From: Candidatus Onthoplasma sp.
GTDB lineage: Bacteria > Bacillota > Clostridia > Christensenellales > UBA1242
Assembly: GCA_051883515.1 (NCBI GenBank)
Contig: JBJETW010000008.1
Coordinates: forward strand, 81,244 to 145,243
DNA: 64,000 bases
Reading direction: 5' to 3'
This document shows positions 8,577 through 17,621 of this stretch, piece by piece. A model generated the notes under the pieces. The model saw nothing but the letters and a program-made list of their open reading frames with translations, searched no databases and was not told the origin of the DNA. Each line of letters starts with the position of its first letter. Within the stretch, counting starts at the first letter, position 1. The translations under genes and the position numbers were made by a program.

Positions 8577-9380
8577 TTATTGATAAATTTTTACGATAAT
8601 TTTTTCAAATAACGCTACGGCAAAATACATAAATGATGCAAGCACACATAGCACAACTGTTGATGTCAACACGAGATTAAGGTTAAACACTTGACCACCG
8701 TAAATCAACAGATATCCGAGTCCTGCTTTTGAAACCAAATATTCGCCCATGATAGCACCTATCCAACTCAATCCAACATTAATTTTTAACGTTGCAATAA
8801 TGTCTTTTAAAGAGTTTGGAAGGACGAGTTTAAAGAATATTTGAAGTTTATTTGCACCCATAGATTTTGCAACTGATATAAGTTGATTGTCACAACTTAT
8901 AAATGAATTTAGTATATTCATAATTGTCACAATAATGACAATCAAGATACACATAAATATTATTGCTTTGCTTCCTGCACCAAACCATATAATTATTATT
9001 GGTCCGAGCGCAATTTTTGGAAGTGAGTTTAAAACGACCAAGAAAGGTTCAAAAACTCGTCTAAGATAAGCAAAGCACCATAAGATGAAAGCAATCAGAA
9101 ATCCAACTCCTGTTGCAATCAAAAATCCAATCAACGTCTCGTTTAAAGTGATTTTTGAGTGATACAGCAATTCGCCAGAGATGAACATTTCTTTGATTGT
9201 TTTCAAAATTTTTGAAGGACTTGAAAAGAAGAAAGAACTAATTATTTCATATTTTGAAAGAAGTTCCCAAAGTAGAATAAATGCAACAAGGATTATGATT
9301 TGAGAAAACAAAACAAAAATTTTGTATCCACAGTATTTTTTTATATAGTCCTTATGTGCTTTTGAAAATTTAATTTTCAT
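8577..9380 (-). CDS. ABC transporter permease (NitT/TauT, BPD-type)
   Basis: Multi-TM protein. The ATG at 9380 overlaps the ATPase stop (the ORF-track start at 9443 would overlap by 74 nt). It is third in the SBP-ATPase-permease operon. Confidence 0.85.
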   Translation of the reverse strand: MKIKFSKAHKDYIKKYCGYKIFVLFSQIIILVAFILLWELLSKYEIISSFFFSSPSKILKTIKEMFISGELLYHSKITLNETLIGFLIATGVGFLIAFILWCFAYLRRVFEPFLVVLNSLPKIALGPIIIIWFGAGSKAIIFMCILIVIIVTIMNILNSFISCDNQLISVAKSMGANKLQIFFKLVLPNSLKDIIATLKINVGLSWIGAIMGEYLVSKAGLGYLLIYGGQVFNLNLVLTSTVVLCVLASFMYFAVALFEKIIVKIYQ

Positions 9381-10131
9381 TTTTAATTTCCTTCCATATG
9401 ACGTCAAACAATTTTTTTGCTTTTTCGTCTTGTCTTCTTTCAAAAGGTGTCAAATTTTTGTCGAAATTGGTTTTGTGAATATTTTTTATTGTTCCAGGTC
9501 GAGAAGTAAGAACAATAATTCTATCACTCATGCTGATTGCTTCTTGAATGTCGTGTGTGACCAAAATTGCAGTCTTTTGTTCTTTTTTTATGATTTCATA
9601 AACGTGGTCACAAAGTTCTAGTCTTGTTTGATAGTCTAGAGCGCTAAAAGGTTCATCAAGAAGCAAAATGTCTGGTTTTAAAGCAAGCGTTCTAATGAGT
9701 GAAACGCGTTGTCGCATTCCGCCACTTAACTCACTTGGATGCTTTTTTAAAAACTCACCAATTCCATATTTTTCTGCAAGTGATATTGCATACTTTTTTC
9801 TTTCTTTCGTTTTAACATGTTTCAGTTCCAATCCAAAATATAAATTGCTTTCAATCGTTCGCCATGGGAGTAGGTTATCTTTTTGGAACATATATCCACA
9901 TGAATTGTTTTTTGTTGAAGGGGTTTTCCCTTGAACCAAAACAGTTCCGCTAGTCGGTGATAAAAGTCCTGACAAAATTGATAATATTGTTGTTTTGCCA
10001 CAACCAGAAGGACCAACAATCGAAACAAATTCATTTTTTTTAATGTCAAGATTGATGTCACATAATGCTTGTGTCTCAGATTTCAAACTTTGATAAATCA
10101 AATTTAAATTTTTTATTTCAACAATAGGCAT
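9370..10131 (-). CDS. ABC transporter ATP-binding protein (NitT/TauT family)
   Basis: Walker A GPSGCGKTT, signature LSGGMRQR, Walker B LLLDEPFSALD. TAATG overlap with the SBP gene. Confidence 0.9.
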   Translation of the reverse strand: MPIVEIKNLNLIYQSLKSETQALCDINLDIKKNEFVSIVGPSGCGKTTILSILSGLLSPTSGTVLVQGKTPSTKNNSCGYMFQKDNLLPWRTIESNLYFGLELKHVKTKERKKYAISLAEKYGIGEFLKKHPSELSGGMRQRVSLIRTLALKPDILLLDEPFSALDYQTRLELCDHVYEIIKKEQKTAILVTHDIQEAISMSDRIIVLTSRPGTIKNIHKTNFDKNLTPFERRQDEKAKKLFDVIWKEIKNEN

Positions 10132-11144
10132 TAAATTTCAACTTTTGAGGCAAAACTTGTGTTCACTGCGCTTTCCCAAGAGACTCTATTTTTAAGTTCT
10201 CCTGCGTTATCAATGATGTCAAGCATGTTGTTCCAAGAACTTTCCTTCAAGACAAAACTTGAAGCATAGGCACCAATTCTGATATAATTTTTTACAGATG
10301 CAAGGATTAATTCATCGCTTGTTCCTATAAAAGATTTTTTCAATGAATTGACAATTTGTGTGTCAGTGGCATCACAAAGATAATTGTATCCTTTTTTCAA
10401 TGCATGCATAAATTTGTCAAGTTTGTCTGAATTATTTTTGAGATAATCGTTTGTGGCAACAAAGCAAGTGTATGGAATATCGCTTACTTCATCTCCAAGG
10501 GCAGCAACAATATGTCCTGTTCCATCAATTTCACATTGACTTGCTGTTGGGTCAAAAATTGTGCAATAGTCGCCAGTTCCAGCAATAAATGACGAGGCAG
10601 TCAAGTTAAATGCAATAGATGTGTCCATAATTGTGTCACAATTTTCGTTGAGTTCAGCGCCGGGCTTTAATCCATGTTTTTCAAGAATATATTGCAAGGT
10701 CATAGCAGGCATTCCACCTTTACGCCCTGCAATAATATGCTTTCCTTTAAGATTTTCCCACAAGAAAGTTTCCTTTTCGTCAGTTCTTCCAACCAAGAAG
10801 GAACCATCACAAGCAGTAAGTTGGGCAAAAATTATTGGAGCGTTTTGCATGCCATTGTTTCTCACGTAGACCGCTGATTCTGGTCCCATTAGACCAATAT
10901 CTGCACTGTCTGATATGAGAGATGTCATAACCGTGTCGCTTCCGCCGGCATTTGACAATTCAATTTCTAAACCTTCATCTTTAAAGTAGCCATTGTTAAT
11001 TGCTATATAAAGTGGGGCATAGAACAATGAGTGTGTCACTTCGCTTATGCGGAGTGTCTTGTCGTCTTTCTTTTTGCAACCTGTTGAAAGCACAACAGTA
11101 AACAAAGAAAGGAAAACAACAAGAAAGATTGAAATTTTTTTCAT
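10131..11144 (-). CDS. ABC substrate-binding lipoprotein, NMT1/THI5-like (substrate unknown)
   Basis: Signal peptide with a lipobox-like LSTGC. Periplasmic-binding-protein-like sequence. AAGGAGAA SD. First gene of the operon. Confidence 0.75.
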   Translation of the reverse strand: MKKISIFLVVFLSLFTVVLSTGCKKKDDKTLRISEVTHSLFYAPLYIAINNGYFKDEGLEIELSNAGGSDTVMTSLISDSADIGLMGPESAVYVRNNGMQNAPIIFAQLTACDGSFLVGRTDEKETFLWENLKGKHIIAGRKGGMPAMTLQYILEKHGLKPGAELNENCDTIMDTSIAFNLTASSFIAGTGDYCTIFDPTASQCEIDGTGHIVAALGDEVSDIPYTCFVATNDYLKNNSDKLDKFMHALKKGYNYLCDATDTQIVNSLKKSFIGTSDELILASVKNYIRIGAYASSFVLKESSWNNMLDIIDNAGELKNRVSWESAVNTSFASKVEI

Positions 11145-11309
11145 TCATTCTCCTTTTTCAAATTCTTTGGAAGATTATAAGTGGCATTTTCTCTTCCATA
11201 ATTCATTTTATGTGTGGTATATAAATTTGTGAAAAAATTAAAAAACAATAAAAATCATTTGTCAAAAGTGTGTCATTTTGTTAAACTTAAAATATAAATA
11301 AGGTGAAAT

Positions 11310-11864
11310 ATGAATACAAAAAATGATATAGTTTACAAAATTTTATTTGCAATTGAACTTGCTTTGCTTCCACTTGTTATAAGTGCACATATTTTGATTA
11401 AAAATGAATGGGGAGTGTCGATTTTTATAGGTCTGATTGCTCTTGTTAGAGTATGGTTGGAATTTTTCAAAATTAAAGACAATAGAATTCACGAAATATT
11501 GTCAGTAATTGCAAGCATTGCCAGTGCATTCACAATTTTAATTTTCTTTACGCTTCAAGGAATACTTGCAAAACCATTGGTGATTGTTGCATTGATTGTT
11601 TTGACAATATTCAATTTAATGAGAATTGCACTTGTAAATAGGAAAATGCCGTCAATCATTGAAGCAATAGATTTTTGTTTTGTGCTTTTTGAAGTTGTGT
11701 TTTTAATCGCTTTGATATTTGTGAACATGAATGCACAACTTAGCGCAATTGCACTATATGCTTTGATTTTGTCAGGTCTTGCATCAATCATTTATAAAAT
11801 ATATTTTTCGTTTAAGTACACTGATTTAATTTCCAACATAAAGAAACTTTTTCAAAAAAGATAA
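11310..11864 (+). CDS. Hypothetical integral membrane protein (184 aa)
   Basis: AAGGTGA SD. Continuous hydrophobic helices. No family recognised. Confidence 0.55.
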   Translation: MNTKNDIVYKILFAIELALLPLVISAHILIKNEWGVSIFIGLIALVRVWLEFFKIKDNRIHEILSVIASIASAFTILIFFTLQGILAKPLVIVALIVLTIFNLMRIALVNRKMPSIIEAIDFCFVLFEVVFLIALIFVNMNAQLSAIALYALILSGLASIIYKIYFSFKYTDLISNIKKLFQKR

Positions 11865-11928
11865 ATAAAGATAACTATTGACAAATAGGAAAACAGGTGA
11901 TAAAATTATCACAACGTAGGAGTAGAAT

Positions 11929-12186
11929 ATGAATTTATTATTATCATTTGAAAGACCTCTTGAATTTTTGTTGAGATACACTGTTATAACAGGGATTCTT
12001 CTTGCCATAATTGGAACAGCACTTTGTCTGTTGGCAAAAAGAATAACAATCTCAAAAAGAGGCACAACTGAAATACAAAAGAATGATTCGTTGTATTTGA
12101 CATTGTTGATAACAGGGCTTTGCTTTATCCTTCTTGGAGTTATCTTTATTGCATTGCCAATTCCAGACACTTTTTATGTAGGTTAG
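11929..12186 (+). CDS. Small membrane protein (85 aa)
   Basis: AGGAG SD and two predicted TM helices. The stop is 1 nt before the next gene's ATG. Confidence 0.55.
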   Translation: MNLLLSFERPLEFLLRYTVITGILLAIIGTALCLLAKRITISKRGTTEIQKNDSLYLTLLITGLCFILLGVIFIALPIPDTFYVG

Positions 12187-12187
12187 T

Positions 12188-12793
12188 ATGGAGCACTATT
12201 TTATTGACAAACCGCATAAAGAATCAGATTTCTTTGATTTTTCAGACAATGTTTTGGGGTTTGATTTATGCTTTCGCTCATGCGATGGCATTTTTTCAAA
12301 AAACAAAATTGACGAAGGAACAAGGACTTTGCTTGAAACAATCGGTAAAAAAATCGTATTGTCAGGTCATGGATTAGATGTTGGTTGCGGTCTTGGAGTG
12401 ATTTCAGTTGCTTTGATTAAAAAATTTGGCGTATTTATGGACATGTTTGATGTTAATGGAACAGCAGTTAAACTTAGCAAAGAGAATTTAATCAAAAATA
12501 ATGTTCAGAAAAGCGCAAATGTGTTTGTTAGCAATGGGTTTGAAAAAGTTGAGTCAATTTATGACTTTATTGTTAGCAATCCGCCAATAAAAACGGGCAA
12601 AAAATTGCTTTTTTCGTTGATTGACGAATCATTTAAACATCTAAAAGATGATGGTCTTATGATTTTGGTTATTAGAAAAGACCACGGAATGGAAAGTTTA
12701 AAAAACCACATATTGGAAGTTTTTGGAAATTGTGAAATTATCAATCGAAACAAAGGGTATTATATTTTAAAAACTCAAAAGCAAATTAATTAA
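12188..12793 (+). CDS. Class I SAM-dependent methyltransferase, RsmC/RlmG-like (methyltransferase small domain)
   Basis: Motif I LDVGCGLGVIS and motif IV IVSNPPI (NPPx). Confidence 0.8.
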   Translation: MEHYFIDKPHKESDFFDFSDNVLGFDLCFRSCDGIFSKNKIDEGTRTLLETIGKKIVLSGHGLDVGCGLGVISVALIKKFGVFMDMFDVNGTAVKLSKENLIKNNVQKSANVFVSNGFEKVESIYDFIVSNPPIKTGKKLLFSLIDESFKHLKDDGLMILVIRKDHGMESLKNHILEVFGNCEIINRNKGYYILKTQKQIN

Positions 12794-12812
12794 CGGCAAT
12801 CGCCGTTTTTTT
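12792..12812. terminator. Intrinsic terminator
   Basis: aacggc-aat-cgccgtt hairpin followed by T7. Confidence 0.6.
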
Positions 12813-12825
12813 AATTTAGAACATA

Positions 12826-13035
12826 TTAAAAGAAAATATTGTTTGATTGATTAAAATTGTTAAAAAAACTTGTGTTATTAAAGTTGAAAGGTCTGCAACG
12901 GAAAGGTGCGTTCCAATTAAATCGTGAGCAATTGCAACGATTAAATTCCCAAAATGTTTCAGCAGAAAGAGGGAAAGATAAATTTGAAACGCGAGTAAAA
13001 TCAAAACAACCAGAACGGAAAAAGAAAAAATACAT
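12826..13035 (-). CDS. Candidate small protein (69 aa), extremely Phe/Asn-rich with 4 Cys
   Basis: AAGGAGA SD lies 4 nt before the ATG. A TTGACA-18-TATTAT promoter lies about 40 nt upstream. By my count 18 of 69 residues are Phe. Coding status is not proven. Confidence 0.35.
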   Translation of the reverse strand: MYFFFFRSGCFDFTRVSNLSFPLSAETFWEFNRCNCSRFNWNAPFRCRPFNFNNTSFFNNFNQSNNIFF

Positions 13036-13073
13036 ATAATCTCCTTATAAAATGCGGAAAAGTTTCTTAATGC

Positions 13074-13103
13074 ATAATATGGCGACAATTTAGAAATTGT
13101 CAA
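13074..13103 (-). promoter_or_regulatory. SigA-type promoter for the small Phe-rich ORF
   Basis: TTGACA (13103-13098), 18 nt, TATTAT (13079-13074). Confidence 0.4.
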
Positions 13104-13193
13104 AAGTGCGATGAGTCATGAATTCTTACAAATATTGCCAAATTTTGCAAGAGTAAAAAAGAATTTTGTGCATATGATAGTTTAGAGGTTTAT

Positions 13194-13946
13194 ATGAGAG
13201 AAATTGCACTTGCATCGCAAGTGAAAAACAAACACATTCTTGACTATCTTCACACAAACATTAAATCACAGATAGATTTTTGCAAAACAATTGTGACCAG
13301 TTATTGTGACAATAATTTTTGTTATTTACTTTTTGCTTGTGTGGACGAATATGTTATGGCATGTGAAAAAATTTTGCGTGACATAATTATTGATTATATT
13401 GAAAATGTTTATAAAATTGATTATCTCAAAGAAAAAATAAAAAATCCATTAAAAGAAAATTTTGAATTTAATGCATATGTAAAAGTTTTGTCAATTTTTG
13501 ACAAATCTACCGATGAAAATGCGCTTGAAAAAATAATAATATTTAATCAGACTTTTTTTGTCGACAGTTTCCTAGAATTTAGGCTTGCTCCGCTAAAAAA
13601 ACATTGGGACAACCTTGCAGAACTAAGTTGCGAAAATATTGCAATGTTTAGTTCAACCACATTCCTAGATGTCATCAAATATCTCATAAATACAATGGAC
13701 AACGAGGTCTATAAGGTCAAAGTGATTTGCGCAAAAAACAAGTTTAGCGTATACAACATGCAAAACAAAAATGCAAAAGTTAAAAAAATTGCAGAATGCC
13801 AAGATGAATATGATTTGATTGCGAAAGTGTTGAATAAATGTCCTAGTTATATTGATGTTTACATCAACACAGAAAACAATTGTGAAGCAGTGAGTTTTTT
13901 GAGTAGTGTTTATTCAAATAGGTTAAAAATTTTCACAAAAAAGTAG
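13194..13946 (+). CDS. Hypothetical protein, YtxC-like sporulation protein by position
   Basis: 250-aa ORF with an AGAGG SD. It lies directly upstream of the thrS T-box, which is where ytxC sits in Bacillus and Clostridium. The assignment is contextual only. Confidence 0.45.
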   Translation: MREIALASQVKNKHILDYLHTNIKSQIDFCKTIVTSYCDNNFCYLLFACVDEYVMACEKILRDIIIDYIENVYKIDYLKEKIKNPLKENFEFNAYVKVLSIFDKSTDENALEKIIIFNQTFFVDSFLEFRLAPLKKHWDNLAELSCENIAMFSSTTFLDVIKYLINTMDNEVYKVKVICAKNKFSVYNMQNKNAKVKKIAECQDEYDLIAKVLNKCPSYIDVYINTENNCEAVSFLSSVYSNRLKIFTKK

Positions 13947-14006
13947 ACAATATAAAAAATACGAAATAATCTAGTCTTGAATTTCAATTTTGTTTCTAAA
14001 AATCTG

Positions 14007-14035
14007 TTGACAAAATGTTTTTGGAGTTATAAAAT
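14007..14035 (+). promoter_or_regulatory. SigA-type promoter of the thrS leader
   Basis: TTGACA, 17 nt, TAAAAT. Confidence 0.55.
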
Positions 14036-14041
14036 GAGTGT

Positions 14042-14257
14042 ATCTAAATAGATTATTGATTGGACAAGTAGATTATAAGTCAATGTTAAGAGAGAGTGCA
14101 TGCTGGCTGGAATTTGCACATCACACTTTTAATTGAAACCACCAATTAGGTCAAATTTGGGTGAATTCCCAAGAAATTAAGAGGTTGAAGAAATTCATCA
14201 AATAGGGTGGAACCGCGGTTAAAATCGTCCCTAGCATTAAATGTGCTAGGGTTTTTT
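14042..14257 (+). promoter_or_regulatory. T-box leader (threonine; specifier ACC)
   Basis: AGAGAGAG bulge, GAA-ACC-A specifier context at 14145-14151, T-box AATAGGGTGGAACCGCGG at 14201-14218, and terminator ccctagca/tgctaggg plus T6 at 14229-14257. Confidence 0.85.
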
Positions 14258-14346
14258 ATTGAAATTGGATTGTTAATTATGAAAAATATAACAAAATATT
14301 AAAAAATCTACACAAAAATCTACAATTGTTAAACAAGGAGAGAATT

Positions 14347-16101
14347 ATGGAAAAAGAATTTGAACAAAAGCAAGAAATGTATCGCCATAGCATGAGTCAT
14401 GTTTTGGCAAAAGCGATTAAAGAGTTGTATGGAGAAAATGTAAAATTGGCAATTGGTCCAGCGATTGACAATGGGTTTTACTATGATTTTGATAATTTAA
14501 ACATCAAGCAAGAGGATTTTGACAAAATCGAGAGCAAAATGCGTGAGATAATTGAAAGAAATGAAGATTTCGTTCGCATGGAAGTTTCAAGAGAGCAAGC
14601 GCTTGAAATGTTTAAAGATGAACCATATAAGACTGAACTTATAAACGAACTTCCAGAAGATAGCATTATTTCAGTTTATAAAACTGGTGACAATTTCATG
14701 GATTTATGTCGTGGACCACACGTTGAAAACACAAAATTTTTGCGTGGTTTTTCATTTAAAATCAACAGGGCTAGCGGTGCATATTGGAAAGGAAGCGAAA
14801 AGAATAAGATGCTCACCAGAATCTATGTCTACGGATTTATCAACAAAGACGATTTAAAAGAATGCTTGCGAATTGAAGCAGAAGCAAAAGAAAGAGACCA
14901 CAGAAAACTAGGAAAAGACCTTGGGATATTTATGTTTAATGAATTGGTTGGAAAGGGTCTCCCAATGTGGCTTCCAAAAGGTTATGCATTGAGAAGAGAA
15001 CTCAATGATTATATAATCAACAAAGAAATTGCTTTGGGTTATCAACATGTTATGACTCCAAGTCTTGGAAACATTAATTTATACAAAACTTCTGGACACT
15101 GGGAGCATTATCAAGACAGCATGTTCCCAGAGATGAAAGTTGAAGATGAATCATATGTATTAAGACCAATGAATTGTCCTCACCATATGGTTATGTTCAA
15201 AAATTTTCAACATTCATATCGTGATTTACCTGTTAGAATTGCTGAAATTGCAAATGATTTCAGATATGAAGCAAGTGGCACACTAGTTGGAATTGAAAGA
15301 ACAAGAGCATTCACACAAAATGATAGTCATATTTTCTGTCGTCCTGACCAAATTAAGCAAGAAGTTGAAGGCGTAATTAAGTTAATTTTGGACGTTTATA
15401 AAGATTTTGGATTTGATAAATTCAAATTTAGATTGTCATTGAGAGATAAAAATAACACCGAAAAATATTTTGGAAATGATGACCTTTGGGAAAAGAGCGA
15501 GACCGCGCTCAGAGAAATATTAAAAGATAGCGGTGCTGACTATTATGAAGCAGAAGGAGAAGCAGCATTTTATGGCCCAAAAATCGACGTTCAAGTAATA
15601 TCAGCAATTGGACATGAAATCACTTTATCAACAGTTCAAGTGGATTATCAACTTCCTGAAAGATTTGAACTTGAATATGTGAATGAAAATAATGAAAAAT
15701 GTCGTCCAGTTGTAATTCATAGAGCAATTTTGGGTTCACTTGATAGATTTGTCGCTTTCCTTTTAGAAGAGACGAAAGGTGTTTTACCTGTATGGCTGAG
15801 TCCTGTGCAAACAAAAATTATCACCGTGAGTGATAATAATGTTGAATATGCAAAATTAATTGAAAAGAAATTGAGAGAAGAAAATATTCGTGTTGAATTA
15901 GACATCTCTAACGAATCTGTTGGAAAGAAAATCAGAACAGCAGTTCTTGAAAAAGTTCCATATGTTCTTGTTCTTGGAGACAAAGAAACTGCCGATGGAA
16001 CGGTCGCTGTAAGGAAAAGGGGCGGAAAAGATACTATATCTATGTCATATAGTGAATTTGAAGACCAAATAAAATCAGATATAAAAAATAGAGTGAAATA
16101 A
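14347..16101 (+). CDS. thrS: Threonine--tRNA ligase (lacks the N-terminal TGS domain)
   Basis: AAGGAGAG SD before the ATG at 14347. Editing-domain HSMSHVL and GPAIDNGFYYDF start at about aa 12. Class II motifs are present (RPMNCPHH, FRYEASG, GFGIERT-like LVGIERTRAFTQNDSH). Confidence 0.93.
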   Translation: MEKEFEQKQEMYRHSMSHVLAKAIKELYGENVKLAIGPAIDNGFYYDFDNLNIKQEDFDKIESKMREIIERNEDFVRMEVSREQALEMFKDEPYKTELINELPEDSIISVYKTGDNFMDLCRGPHVENTKFLRGFSFKINRASGAYWKGSEKNKMLTRIYVYGFINKDDLKECLRIEAEAKERDHRKLGKDLGIFMFNELVGKGLPMWLPKGYALRRELNDYIINKEIALGYQHVMTPSLGNINLYKTSGHWEHYQDSMFPEMKVEDESYVLRPMNCPHHMVMFKNFQHSYRDLPVRIAEIANDFRYEASGTLVGIERTRAFTQNDSHIFCRPDQIKQEVEGVIKLILDVYKDFGFDKFKFRLSLRDKNNTEKYFGNDDLWEKSETALREILKDSGADYYEAEGEAAFYGPKIDVQVISAIGHEITLSTVQVDYQLPERFELEYVNENNEKCRPVVIHRAILGSLDRFVAFLLEETKGVLPVWLSPVQTKIITVSDNNVEYAKLIEKKLREENIRVELDISNESVGKKIRTAVLEKVPYVLVLGDKETADGTVAVRKRGGKDTISMSYSEFEDQIKSDIKNRVK

Positions 16102-16142
16102 TTTATCATTAAATTTCATAAATTACAATAAAAAAATGACCA

Positions 16143-16171
16143 TTGACAAATTGACGAATTTGTGTTAAAAT
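16143..16171 (+). promoter_or_regulatory. SigA-type promoter of the 133-aa orphan gene
   Basis: TTGACA, 17 nt, TAAAAT. Confidence 0.5.
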
Positions 16172-16197
16172 ATTAAGTACAGAGAAGGAGATTTGTG

Positions 16198-16596
16198 ATG
16201 TATAACCTTGAAGATGTAATAGAAAAAGGTGATATTTTGTGTCCTGGATATAATATTTTGAGATTGGAAGAAGAAGATTTTTCTGAATTAATTCAAAGAT
16301 TTTCTAAATATTATCAATCAAGAAAAGATATGCGTTTGGAAATTGATGGTGTAAAGCGAGCAATTTTTAGGAATATACCATATATAATGTTGTCTGTTGA
16401 TTATGAGGATAAAAAAGGAAATTGTTATGAGGATAAATTTTCATTTGGTCCTTTTAATTGTGAAAGAGATTTTGAAATAAATGTAGAATTAACAAAAGAG
16501 TTGCGTAGATATTTAGGAAACAAATTTGGTAAACAATATGTTAAAGCGCTTGAACAACATGAAACTGATGTCGATAACGCACTTTCGAATGATTAA
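16198..16596 (+). CDS. Hypothetical acidic cytosolic protein (132 aa)
   Basis: GAAGGAG SD lies 7 nt before the ATG at 16198 (a GTG at 16195 is also possible). It is wedged between thrS and the infC leader. No family recognised. Confidence 0.55.
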   Translation: MYNLEDVIEKGDILCPGYNILRLEEEDFSELIQRFSKYYQSRKDMRLEIDGVKRAIFRNIPYIMLSVDYEDKKGNCYEDKFSFGPFNCERDFEINVELTKELRRYLGNKFGKQYVKALEQHETDVDNALSND

Positions 16597-16648
16597 TTGT
16601 AAATTTAAAATAAAGGCAAAATAAATTTTAAAAATTTGCTTTAAAGTG

Positions 16649-16677
16649 TTGACAATTTACAGGAATGATGCTAGAAT
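16649..16677 (+). promoter_or_regulatory. SigA-type promoter of infC-rpmI-rplT
   Basis: TTGACA, 17 nt, TAGAAT. Confidence 0.6.
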
Positions 16678-16683
16678 AACAAA

Positions 16684-16816
16684 CGAAAGTAGAAGTTCCA
16701 CTTCTCACCTTGAAGCAAATGCGACAATGGTCATAGAAATTGAAGATAGCAGAAATGCATTTTGATATTTTTGTGGAGTAAAGTGGGTTCTTTTACATAA
16801 AGAAACCCATTTTTTA
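16684..16816 (+). promoter_or_regulatory. L20-type ribosomal-protein leader / attenuator
   Basis: About 130-nt leader ending in gggttcttt-tacat-aaagaaccc plus T6 (16785-16816), just before infC. This matches the Firmicute L20 autoregulatory leader architecture. Confidence 0.55.
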
Positions 16817-16831
16817 TGGGCAGGAGGAGAT

Positions 16832-17347
16832 TTGAAAGAAACACTTAAAAACGAACAAATTGTTTTGCCAGAAGTTAGGGTTGTTGGACCAAACTCTGAA
16901 CAACTTGGTATCATGAGCAGTGAAAAAGCGCTTGAAATTGCTGAACAGCAAGACTTGGACTTGGTTTTGATTGCTCCAGACGCAAAACCACCAGTATGCA
17001 AAGTTATGGACTACGGAAAATTTAGGTTTGATGAACTTAAAAAACTTAAAGACCAAAAGAAAAGTCAAAAGGTTGCAGCGCTTAAAGAAATGTCTTTGTC
17101 TTGGGCAATTGACACTCATGATTTGGAAATTAAAGCAAAACAAGTTTGCAAATTTTTGACAGATGGTTGCAAAGTTAAAGTCAACATTCGAATGAAGGGA
17201 AGGGAACAAGCTCGTCCACAACAAGGAATTGAAGTGATGAACAAATTTGCAGAACTCTGTTCAAGTGTGAGTCAAGTTGAAAAACAACCACAAATCACCG
17301 GTCGAAACATCTTTATGTTTTTGAGCCCAATTTCAAACAAAAAATAA
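16832..17347 (+). CDS. infC: Translation initiation factor IF-3 (UUG start)
   Basis: NEQIVLPEVRVVGPNSEQLG N-terminus and KPPVCKVMDYGKFRF. GGAGGAG SD. The non-AUG start is typical of infC autoregulation. Confidence 0.9.
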   Translation: MKETLKNEQIVLPEVRVVGPNSEQLGIMSSEKALEIAEQQDLDLVLIAPDAKPPVCKVMDYGKFRFDELKKLKDQKKSQKVAALKEMSLSWAIDTHDLEIKAKQVCKFLTDGCKVKVNIRMKGREQARPQQGIEVMNKFAELCSSVSQVEKQPQITGRNIFMFLSPISNKK

Positions 17348-17422
17348 GTTTGGGACTTTGAAATTTAAATAAGTTTTATCTTATTTTTAAATTCAAAAAG
17401 ATAAATTAAGAGGAGAATTATT

Positions 17423-17611
17423 ATGCCAAAAATGAAAACAAGAAAAGCTGTTGCAAAGCGTTTTAGCACAACAGGAACAGGAAAAATCAAAATGATGCAT
17501 GACGGAAAAGGTCACATTTTGACAAAGAAATCAAGAAAAAGAAAGAGAAATTTAAGAAAAACAGGTTATGTTTCAAAGCAATATGCAAAGAACATAAAAG
17601 AGATGATTTAG
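17423..17611 (+). CDS. rpmI: 50S ribosomal protein L35
   Basis: [14 protein letters not shown]... 62 aa. GAGGAG SD. Confidence 0.93.
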   Translation: MPKMKTRKAVAKRFSTTGTGKIKMMHDGKGHILTKKSRKRKRNLRKTGYVSKQYAKNIKEMI

Positions 17612-17621
17612 GAGGCCAAAG

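Noticed and set aside
11145-11300. Possible TPP (or other) riboswitch upstream of the NMT1/THI5-like binding-protein operon.
   Set aside because: The - strand leader (~100 nt) has only a short ggaaga/tcttcc hairpin. I see no CUGAGA or pyrimidine-sensor helices and no other riboswitch core.
12816-13103. 95-aa hydrophobic ORF on the - strand.
   Set aside because: Its only start is a TTG that coincides with the -35 hexamer (TTGACA) of the promoter found here. It has no SD and no internal Met. The SD-ATG pair supports the other frame (12826-13035).
16705-17224. Long antisense ORFs (98 and 136 aa) opposite infC. Similar antisense ORFs lie opposite ftsZ, thrS, the ABC genes and others.
   Set aside because: They lie entirely inside genes with strong family signatures, lack SDs, and have compositionally biased sequences typical of shadow ORFs.
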